From contig JBBQPO010000018.1 of the NCBI GenBank assembly GCA_038217285.1, positions 1 through 41,016 on the forward strand: DNA of 41,016 nucleotides, read 5' to 3'. Shown here piece after piece: positions 1 through 7,637 of this stretch (its first letter is position 1; each line of letters opens with the position of its first letter). The translations under genes and the position numbers were made by a program. The notes under the pieces were generated by a model, which did not search any database, was not told where the DNA came from, and was given only the letters and a program-made list of their open reading frames with translations. The stretch is from Chthonomonadales bacterium (lineage in GTDB: Bacteria; Armatimonadota; Chthonomonadetes; Chthonomonadales; Chthonomonadaceae).

Positions 1-1
1 T

Positions 2-337
2 GTGTTTGCGATCTTTGTCGCCTACGGGCTCCCCGCGCTTATGTCGCTTTTGTCTGGTTCCGTCGTCATCCTTTCGGACAAGGGCGTTAACAGCAACAAG
101 CGCGTGGGCCTGGGATGGGCGATCCGCTTCTGGGCGTGGGAGGAGATCGCGTTCTTCAGTCTTGACGATGATATGATCGGCGGGAGGAACTATCGGATAT
201 TACGGGCGCATGATGCGCACGGCGATTTGCTCGTTTCGGTCGTCCTCGGTCAGGAGCCGACCGAACAGGAGATCGAGCGCTGCCTGCAGGCCCACGGCAA
301 GCCTCTACACGATGCAGGTTCCGTCTCCAGGCGGTAG
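2..337 (+). CDS. Hypothetical membrane-associated protein, 5' end outside the window
   Basis: Frame open from the window edge; hydrophobic N-terminal stretch followed by a small beta-rich region (WAWEEI); stop TAG at 335-337. Confidence 0.55.
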   Translation: MFAIFVAYGLPALMSLLSGSVVILSDKGVNSNKRVGLGWAIRFWAWEEIAFFSLDDDMIGGRNYRILRAHDAHGDLLVSVVLGQEPTEQEIERCLQAHGKPLHDAGSVSRR

Positions 338-503
338 TCGTCCACCGGGGCTGGCGGACTCCGGTACAGTATTGTCGGTTTCCAGTCGAACTAACCTCGG
401 TATTCGGTTGCTAAGGCAACTCCCAAGAATTACTGCTCCACATTCGGACCCCTTCTGACTTCAACCGAGGCGGAATTGTGGAGCGATAATAGTTTGGCGG
501 TTC

Positions 504-1823
504 CTAAAGCTGCATGCGCTCTTTGACTTCGAGGTAGCGGTTGACGAGGGCGGCGGAGAGTTTGTCGGCGGGAGAATCGACGACCAGCACACCGCGACGA
601 GTCAGCTCGCTTGTGGCGCGGTCCCGGTCTTCCAACACATGCGCGGCGACGGCGCGATTGTAGACGGCGTCGGCGGAGACGCTCTCCTGTGCCGCCGCGC
701 GGAGAACCTTGGTGTCGAGGAGGGTGACGGCGGCGACCAGATGCCGGGGCTGCAGCGCGGCGAGCTCCGAGATCGTGACACGGGAGGAGTCTGGATCCCA
801 CAGATCGGTGAAGCAGACCATGAGGGAGCGTTTGCGCCAGCGCGCCTGCAGATAGGAGAGCGCGCCGCGATAGTCCGGCTCTGCCAGGGTCGCTTTGGCG
901 TTGTAGAGGGCTTCCAGAATGGCGTAGACCTGCGCCCGGCCTTTCTTCGGCGGCAGATAGGACTGCACGGTGTCGGCGAAAACCAGCAGGCCCACCTTGT
1001 CGTCGGCCAGCGACGCGACGTAGGCCAGCAGCAGGGCGGCGTTGATGGCATAGTCCAGCTTCTGGATGCCGTCGATCTCCGCCAGCATCGTGCGGCCCAC
1101 ATCCAGCACGAGCACGATGCTCTGCGACTTCTCCACCTCGTACTGCCGGGCCACCAGTTTGCCACGCCTGGCCGTAGCCTTCCAGTCGATCCGCCGCAGC
1201 TCGTCGTCGGGCATGTAGTCGCGCAGGCTCTCGAACTCCCGCCCCGCGCCCTGCAGTCGCGCCCGCCGAATGCCCATCTGCTGCAAGCGGCCGCGCCGCG
1301 CCATGAGGTTGAACTTGGCGGTCTCCATCAGGTTCGGATAGACTTTGATCTCCTGCGGCATCGCCAACTGCGTCTTCCGGTAGACCATGCCCAGCCGCCC
1401 GCGCACCCGCAGATGCAGCGCACCGAACCGGAAGTCGCCGCGTGTGTGTGGCGTGACGTGATAGAGGGCGGCGTGACGGGCGTTCGGCTGAACCGTAAAG
1501 CGGAACGGCTGCTCGTCCAGATCGGTCGGCATCGATTCAGGCGGCGTGTCGAACAGCTCCACCTGCAACGGAATGGAGCCGGCATTGCGCAGGCGCACCT
1601 CCACCGGATTCTCGACGCCAAGCGACAGTTTGTCCTCGATCACGCGTTCCGCCGAGAGCGTCTTTTCCAGGTCCGGCAACAGGAACCAGTCGGCCAGAGC
1701 CAGCCCGACCAGCAGTGCATACCACCCCAGGGCGACCAGGAGAAAGTTCGGCGCGATCCCTGTCAACAGCAACGGCGCCGCCCCCACGGCAAACAACCAC
1801 AACCAGGTTCGCGTAAACGTCAA
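504..1823 (-). CDS. DUF58 / vWA-like domain membrane protein (MoxR-associated family)
   Basis: Two N-terminal TM segments, RGDFRFG, VYPN, and the DUF58 core GAGREFESLRDYMPDDELRRIDWKATARRGKL, then LVLDVGRTM; TTG start with purine-rich RBS. Confidence 0.9.
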   Translation of the reverse strand: MTFTRTWLWLFAVGAAPLLLTGIAPNFLLVALGWYALLVGLALADWFLLPDLEKTLSAERVIEDKLSLGVENPVEVRLRNAGSIPLQVELFDTPPESMPTDLDEQPFRFTVQPNARHAALYHVTPHTRGDFRFGALHLRVRGRLGMVYRKTQLAMPQEIKVYPNLMETAKFNLMARRGRLQQMGIRRARLQGAGREFESLRDYMPDDELRRIDWKATARRGKLVARQYEVEKSQSIVLVLDVGRTMLAEIDGIQKLDYAINAALLLAYVASLADDKVGLLVFADTVQSYLPPKKGRAQVYAILEALYNAKATLAEPDYRGALSYLQARWRKRSLMVCFTDLWDPDSSRVTISELAALQPRHLVAAVTLLDTKVLRAAAQESVSADAVYNRAVAAHVLEDRDRATSELTRRGVLVVDSPADKLSAALVNRYLEVKERMQL

Positions 1824-1994
1824 CTCGTCTCTTCCTTTTCATCGGACCGTCTGCTGTCCGCCCGTCTTCATTGAGTTACATGGAGATATAGTTCCGTAAC
1901 CGACTGTGAATTCCTGCTCCGTCGGTCGAGCAGAGCGGATTCGGATCTCTCCAGGATCGGATACGTCGAGACTTCTCCAACGGCTCCTTAGCGC

Positions 1995-2023
1995 TTGACA
2001 ATTTTTTAGGCTTGCATTATAAT
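1995..2023 (+). promoter_or_regulatory. Perfect sigma70 promoter for the prepilin-like gene
   Basis: TTGACA (1995-2000), 17 nt spacer, TATAAT (2018-2023). Confidence 0.85.
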
Positions 2024-2062
2024 GGAGACGAGTGGAAACAAAACACCGCTTCCTCACTCTGC

Positions 2063-2122
2063 TTCGCACTGTTGCTTCTACCCATTGCCGGGTTCGCATT
2101 GACGCCTCCACCCATTGTCGGG
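2063..2122 (+). repeat. Two imperfect 30-nt tandem repeats in the 5' leader
   Basis: TTCGCACTGTTGCTTCTACCCATTGCCGGG (2063-2092) and TTCGCATTGACGCCTCCACCCATTGTCGGG (2093-2122). Confidence 0.8.
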
Positions 2123-2229
2123 CCGTTACACAGACAGTATCACCGTTTTTACCCATCACGCCCTGCACGCATGTCGCCTGCGGACATTCTACCTGTCGTA
2201 CTTTTTTCCGTTTAGGGAGGGTTCAACTC

Positions 2230-3192
2230 ATGTCTGGCACCGCCAAACGAGCGTTTACGCTCATCGAACTTCTCGTGGTAATTGCGATCATCGCAATCCT
2301 TGCCGCGATTCTCTTCCCCGTTTTTGCCCAGGCCCGAGCGCAGGCCCGCGCCGTCTCCTGCATCAGCAATGTCAAACAGGGCGCCCTCGGTGTCCTGATG
2401 TATGCGCAGGACTACGATGAATCGATCCCGATGATCGACAACAACGGCTCCACTGCCTATGGATGCTGCCCGGGCGGCAGTTGCACTCCGGACTGGGGAA
2501 CGGTCGGCTCCGATCCGAATGAGCCCAGCGCCATGTTCATGGGCGTCGTCCAGCCCTACATCAAAAATCATCAGGTGCAGTACTGCCCGGAGTCCGGTAC
2601 CACCAACTGGAAGAGCATCATGGGACAGGGCTGGCTCGATTCGAGCCCGTATGTCGCGGCGCTGGACCAGAAGGGCGTCTATACAGATACCTATTCGCAG
2701 ATGGCAGTCAACATGCTGCTCACCGAGTTCGGTCCGGGCGCCAGTTGGGCCGGCTGCTACACGAAGCCCTTTACGGGTTACACGGCGGCTTCGGGCAAAG
2801 TCGCTGCGTGGACGCGGCCAGCCGAGTTGATGCTCCTGACGGCAGATAGCGTCTGGGGAGAGGGGATCAACGGCGACGCTTCTCCACAAAACGGCGTGGG
2901 AAATATGGCCGTATGGCCCAGCCATACAACCGCTTCCAAAAGCTGCCACAACTGGAACGGGGGTCTGGAAGGCAACGGCTGGACCTGGTACGTCCACAGA
3001 GGAACGAGTCACAGCGGCCATTTCGCCAACGCGGCCAATACGAAGTTCGACGAGGGCATCAACTCCGGACGGGCCAATGTCGCCTTTTGCGACGGGCATG
3101 TGAAGTCCATGAGCTTCAACAATCTGGAGCGCTGCGACTACAACACTGTCGGGAACGTCTGGACCTACACCTACTGGGATCCGCGCTACTAG
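2230..3192 (+). CDS. Prepilin-type N-terminal cleavage/methylation protein, DUF1559 / H-X9-DG family
   Basis: [45 protein letters not shown] and C-terminal [20 protein letters not shown] at 2214-2220 supports the ATG at 2230. Confidence 0.92.
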   Translation: MSGTAKRAFTLIELLVVIAIIAILAAILFPVFAQARAQARAVSCISNVKQGALGVLMYAQDYDESIPMIDNNGSTAYGCCPGGSCTPDWGTVGSDPNEPSAMFMGVVQPYIKNHQVQYCPESGTTNWKSIMGQGWLDSSPYVAALDQKGVYTDTYSQMAVNMLLTEFGPGASWAGCYTKPFTGYTAASGKVAAWTRPAELMLLTADSVWGEGINGDASPQNGVGNMAVWPSHTTASKSCHNWNGGLEGNGWTWYVHRGTSHSGHFANAANTKFDEGINSGRANVAFCDGHVKSMSFNNLERCDYNTVGNVWTYTYWDPRY

Positions 3193-3298
3193 AGTGACCC
3201 GACGCAGTGCAGGGGACGGAAGTGATGGGCCGCCCTCTGTGCGTGTCATGCCTCTCTGTTTCCACGCTTCTCGCTTTCCAATGGAGAATAAAATCGCT

Positions 3299-3502
3299 AT
3301 GTGTACCCGCTGGCTCCCCGTCCTGCTGCTCCTGGCAACGACGACCTGGATCGGCTGCGGCTCGAAGCCGTCCGAAACCTCGGACGGCCCTCCCCCCAAC
3401 GCGCCGATCGACAACAACTCGCCCGCCGCCAAAAGCGCGCCCGCCGCGCCCGGCCCAGGTCCGGATGTCCCGACCCCCGGTGGCGGAAAAAAACCGCACT
3501 AG
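3299..3502 (+). CDS. Small Pro-rich lipoprotein (67 aa)
   Basis: GGAGA RBS, ATG 3299, hydrophobic signal LPVLLLLATTTWIG-C (lipobox-like), then a low-complexity P/A/G tail. Confidence 0.7.
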   Translation: MCTRWLPVLLLLATTTWIGCGSKPSETSDGPPPNAPIDNNSPAAKSAPAAPGPGPDVPTPGGGKKPH

Positions 3503-3585
3503 TTCGGGACGCGCCGTTTCACCCTCGCAACCCATGTCGCCTCCGTAACGACCGGCAGGTCGATCCTGCCGGCCCCTCTCATAAA

Positions 3586-3614
3586 TTGACCCGCCGTCAG
3601 ATTTCTGCTATACT
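3586..3614 (+). promoter_or_regulatory. sigma70 promoter of ftsK
   Basis: TTGACC, 17 nt spacer, TATACT, with extended -10 TGn. Confidence 0.75.
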
Positions 3615-3635
3615 TTGTGTGGAGGGAACGCCGTC

Positions 3636-6155
3636 ATGGTCAAAGTACCGCGTACTCGTCGCGCTGTTGCACCGCCGCCAAACCGCCGGACGCAGGACAT
3701 CTGTGGCCTGGTGCTCTTTTTTCTGGGCGCCGCCGGGCTGCTCTGTCTCTGCTGGAACCAGCCGGGCCTGCTGCCCGCGCAGGTGGATGCGTTGCTGCGT
3801 CTGATCGCCGGCTCCGGCTCCTACGCCATTCCCCTCTTGATGATGTTCGCCGGGGCCATGTTCCTGCTCGGCTACGAACGGCTCAACCTCACGCACTCCT
3901 CCTACGGCTCGGTCCTGTTGTTCGTGGTCTTCGTCACCGGACGACACCTGATGCTGACGCCCGACCCGGCCCACTGGGAGATCGGGACCGTGCGGATGGC
4001 AGGCGGCGTGGTGGGCTGGCTGTTCGGCGCCCCCCTCTATGCCCTCGTTGGCAAACTGATCAGCACCCTTTTCCTTGTGATGGTGGCCATCGTAGCGGTG
4101 ATCCTGCTGGTGGATCAGCCCTTTATCGAGATCGTGCGCCGTCTCCATGCGCGCGGGCGGGACGGAGCCTCGGCCCTGCAGCGGTTCGGCTTGATTCCGA
4201 CACGGGAGCGTGCCCCCGCCCTCGCCGGGGAGCGCACCGTTCGCACGCTCCCGCGCCCTCTACCTGCCCTGGAGGAGCCGGACACCGACCGGGCCGAACG
4301 CGCCGCCCGCGTTGTGGAGCGGGCGCTGGCCCCGACGAAACCCTCCCGCCAGACCACACTCGATCTCACCGAATCCGATCCGGAGACAGAGCCTGTCGAT
4401 CCCGAAGAGGGGACGACTACCAATAAGCTGTTTCGCATGTTCGCGCTGAGCCGCAACTGGCGGAATAGCCACGGCGAGATCGAACACGGCGACGAAACGC
4501 CGCTCGAGCCGCCGTTCCACGACGCGCCCACCGACCGCGCCAGCGCTCCCCAGAGCAAAGCGCCTCCCTCGAAACGCACCGCGAAGGCCGCGCCCATTCT
4601 CGATCCTGAATCAGACCCGAACTCTGCCGCGCAAGACTCGGAAACGCTGCCTGCTGCGCCCACAAGGCCCCCTGTCCCGGCCCATCCGTTCGTGCTGCCG
4701 CCGTTGACCCTGCTGAAAGAGTCGCCCCTCGCGGTTTCGAAACGTTCGCAGTCGGAGCTGACCGACCGGGTCCAGACCATCGAGCGCACCCTGGAGCAGT
4801 TCAATATCGGCGCGAATGTCGTCGAGGTGGCGAGCGGACCGAGCGTGACTCGCTACGAGATCCAACTCGCCCCCGGTATCAAGGTCAGCAAGATCGTCAG
4901 CCTCGCCGACAACCTGGCGATGAGCCTGGCCGCCATCGATGTGCGCGTCGAGGCCCCTATACCCGGCAAGTCCGCGATCGGCCTGGAAGTGCCGAACGTG
5001 ACGCCGGTGACGGTCAGCCTGCGGGAGTGTCTCGATCAGGACGAGTTCAAAAACGCCACGTCCAAACTGACCGTCGCGCTCGGCAAGGATGTCGCCGGGC
5101 AGTATCGCTACGCCGACCTGACCCGCATGCCCCACCTCCTGATCGGCGGCTCGACCAACAGCGGCAAGTCGGTCTGCCTCAATGTTCTGATCGCCAGTCT
5201 GGTCTATCGCAACACGCCGCGCGACGTGCAGATGCTCATGATCGATCCGAAGCGCGTCGAGCTGAGCCTCTGGAAAGACATTCCGCATCTCATGCACCCG
5301 GTTGTGACCGATGTCAAACAGGCCTCAGGAGTGTTCCGCGCCGCGCTGAAAGAGATGGATCGCCGCTACGACATGTTTGCCGCGCTCGGCACCCGCAACA
5401 TCGACGGTTACAATGATAAGGTTTCCAAAGACGACTGTCTGCCCTATCTGGTGCTGATCGTCGATGAGCTGGCCGACCTGATGATGCAGCAGGGGCCGGA
5501 GATCGAGACGAGCATCTGCCGCCTGGCGCAACTGGCGCGCGCGACCGGCATCCATCTGGTCATCGCCACCCAGCGCCCCTCCGTAGACATTATCACCGGC
5601 ACGATCAAGGCCAATATCTCGTCGCGCATCGCGTTCGCGGTCGCGTCGCAGGTGGACAGCCGCACGATCCTGGACATGACCGGCGCGGATCGTCTGATCG
5701 GGCGCGGCGATATGCTCTTTATGCCGATAGATGCCGCCAAGCCGGTCCGCATCCAGGGCTGCTACCTCAGCGAGACGGAGACCAATGCCCTGGTCGACTA
5801 CCTGAAGGAGCAGAGCAAACCGAACTACACCATCCTGGTGCCGGAAACCACCAATAGCGGCGGCGGTGACAGGGGCGGCGAGGCTCCGGACGACGTGGAC
5901 GACGCCTTTTTCGAGCAGGCCGTGCGCCTCGTCGTGAATAACGGACAGGCCTCGACCTCGATGCTGCAGCGTCGTTTCCGAATCGGCTATACCCGCGCCG
6001 CGCGGATCGTCGAGATGATGGAAGAGAAAGGCATCGTCGGCGCGCTTAACGGCGCCAAGCCCCGGGAACTCCTCGTCAGCAAAGACCAGGTCGAACAGAT
6101 GTTTCGGCCCGGCAGCGCCATTCCCAGCGTAGAATCCTACCAGGACAACGAGTAG
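3636..6155 (+). CDS. ftsK: DNA translocase FtsK/SpoIIIE
   Basis: N-terminal multi-TM region, Pro-rich linker, GPSVTRYE, PHLLIGGSTNSGKS (Walker A), IVDELADLM, ATQRPSVD, and gamma domain ASTSMLQRRFRIGYTRAARIVE; GGAGG RBS. Confidence 0.97.
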   Translation: MVKVPRTRRAVAPPPNRRTQDICGLVLFFLGAAGLLCLCWNQPGLLPAQVDALLRLIAGSGSYAIPLLMMFAGAMFLLGYERLNLTHSSYGSVLLFVVFVTGRHLMLTPDPAHWEIGTVRMAGGVVGWLFGAPLYALVGKLISTLFLVMVAIVAVILLVDQPFIEIVRRLHARGRDGASALQRFGLIPTRERAPALAGERTVRTLPRPLPALEEPDTDRAERAARVVERALAPTKPSRQTTLDLTESDPETEPVDPEEGTTTNKLFRMFALSRNWRNSHGEIEHGDETPLEPPFHDAPTDRASAPQSKAPPSKRTAKAAPILDPESDPNSAAQDSETLPAAPTRPPVPAHPFVLPPLTLLKESPLAVSKRSQSELTDRVQTIERTLEQFNIGANVVEVASGPSVTRYEIQLAPGIKVSKIVSLADNLAMSLAAIDVRVEAPIPGKSAIGLEVPNVTPVTVSLRECLDQDEFKNATSKLTVALGKDVAGQYRYADLTRMPHLLIGGSTNSGKSVCLNVLIASLVYRNTPRDVQMLMIDPKRVELSLWKDIPHLMHPVVTDVKQASGVFRAALKEMDRRYDMFAALGTRNIDGYNDKVSKDDCLPYLVLIVDELADLMMQQGPEIETSICRLAQLARATGIHLVIATQRPSVDIITGTIKANISSRIAFAVASQVDSRTILDMTGADRLIGRGDMLFMPIDAAKPVRIQGCYLSETETNALVDYLKEQSKPNYTILVPETTNSGGGDRGGEAPDDVDDAFFEQAVRLVVNNGQASTSMLQRRFRIGYTRAARIVEMMEEKGIVGALNGAKPRELLVSKDQVEQMFRPGSAIPSVESYQDNE

Positions 6156-6254
6156 AACTGCGCCATTCGGGGCTCGTGACGCAAAATCTGCCGTTAAGAG
6201 GACGCCCTTTCCCAGCAACCGCTGTATAATGATGAACATCGAACCCCTTGATGG

Positions 6255-6280
6255 ACCGGAAGCCAGAAGCTTCCGGTTTT
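6255..6280 (+). terminator. Probable intrinsic terminator after ftsK
   Basis: ACCGGAAGC-cagaa-GCTTCCGGT, a 9-bp stem followed by TTT. Confidence 0.55.
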
Positions 6281-6419
6281 CAACGTTGGCGCAGGTGCGG
6301 GCGGACTGTCTATTATTTCACACCGGTTGATCGTGTGCAGGAAGAAAGACATCGATGTCGAAAAGTCCTCTTGACAGTTCAACCGGTCTGTTGTAAGGGG
6401 ACATGCAGAGGGGAAACGG

Positions 6420-7637
6420 ATGTCAAGTCAGATCAAGCCAGAAGCAGAAATGATCCAGGACATGCTGGCCGTCAAGCGGCGGGTAGACGCCGGTAAGCGC
6501 GAGCGCAGACGGCTGGAAAAGGCACCCGCACGGCGGCGTAAGGTGCTCTTCATCCTGGCGGCGGCGGCAGTGACGGCGCTGCTGGGGCTCATGTACGATG
6601 GCGACCAGAACGCGCAGGCCGAAAAGTATGCGGAGATCTCCGCACTGCTCCGACCGACCGCGCTCTATCGACCGGCGACTAAGAAGAAGAGCGCGGCGGA
6701 GCTGCACGAGACAGTGCTTTCGGAAGATGAAGTGCTGACCGGCAAGGCGGCGGCGGCGCATATCCGCTTTCCAGACGAAACCGTCATCAAAATCGGACCG
6801 AACGCCAATTTCAAAGTGCTCTATAACACCTACATTCGCACAGAAGGCGCGCGCCGACGGGGCTTTTCGCTCAGTGTCGGACGTATCTGGACGCGGGTCA
6901 GTAAGTTTCTGTCCGACAGTTCCGAATTCAAGATCGAGACGCCGACCGCGCAGGCGGCGGTGCGCGGCACCCGCTTCAGCGTCCTGGTCACCAAAAATGG
7001 CGCGACCTATATCTCGGTCTACGAAGGCAAAGTAGACGTCCTGGTGAAACATCTGGGGCCGCCTGCGATCTCCGTACTCGCCGGCCAGGAGATCACCGTC
7101 AATCCGGCGGCGAAGCAGTCTCCAACTGTCCTCACGATGCGCCTCTCCGAGCAGCAGGTCTGGAAGAAGCAGCAGACCGACGCTCTGGGGCCGCAAACCG
7201 ATGTGCTGGCCGAGCCGACCCATAAATTTCGCCACGCGCTGATCGATTTCGAGGAGCAGCACATTCTGCCGATCACAGCCCGACTGGCGGATAAGGTGCA
7301 TCTGAACCGACTGGCCGGACACGCGGCGGACGATCCGGATCGGGCCGCGTATGCCAGAGCTCTGCATGCCGCCCGCGCCCTCCAGACCGCCATCGCCTCC
7401 GCCGACGACTCCACCACAGGCTACCCCGCCGATGTCGGTCTGACGGATCTGCAGGGCTTGAGCGCCGATGCGGCCACCGTGGCTTCGATCCTCAACAACA
7501 TCGATGGCGGCTGCCTGCTGAAATATGAGAAGACAACAGATGGGTTTCGGGCGCGAATTCGGGCCCACTCGCCCAGTAATGCTCTGATCGAGGTGAGGCA
7601 GGACACGATCAAGACGCTGCCCGACGGATCTTTGTGA
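6420..7637 (+). CDS. Membrane-anchored FecR-domain protein with an extra C-terminal domain
   Basis: Basic N-terminus and one TM helix, then FecR-type motifs D-x-V-x-TG, AHIRFPDETVIKIGPN, LSVGRIW, FKIETPTAQAAVRGTRFSV and ISVYEGKVDV. Confidence 0.85.
   Translation: MSSQIKPEAEMIQDMLAVKRRVDAGKRERRRLEKAPARRRKVLFILAAAAVTALLGLMYDGDQNAQAEKYAEISALLRPTALYRPATKKKSAAELHETVLSEDEVLTGKAAAAHIRFPDETVIKIGPNANFKVLYNTYIRTEGARRRGFSLSVGRIWTRVSKFLSDSSEFKIETPTAQAAVRGTRFSVLVTKNGATYISVYEGKVDVLVKHLGPPAISVLAGQEITVNPAAKQSPTVLTMRLSEQQVWKKQQTDALGPQTDVLAEPTHKFRHALIDFEEQHILPITARLADKVHLNRLAGHAADDPDRAAYARALHAARALQTAIASADDSTTGYPADVGLTDLQGLSADAATVASILNNIDGGCLLKYEKTTDGFRARIRAHSPSNALIEVRQDTIKTLPDGSL

Noticed and set aside
639-1874. 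411-aa plus-strand ORF and similar long antisense ORFs (2212-3432, 6423-7670, 34723-36108, 36475-37476)
   Set aside because: They are shadows of well-supported genes on the opposite strand in GC-rich DNA and have no recognisable motifs.
1870-1895. GGAAC upstream of the DUF58 gene (also upstream of Crp near 29232)
   Set aside because: No (C/T)GTC at 17-nt spacing, so not counted in the ECF regulon.
2063-2122. Possible CRISPR mini-array
   Set aside because: The repeats are adjacent with no spacers, and there are no cas genes.
2032-2229. 66-aa N-terminal extension of the first prepilin
   Set aside because: A strong SD precedes the ATG at 2230 and prepilin leaders are short; the region is treated as 5' UTR.
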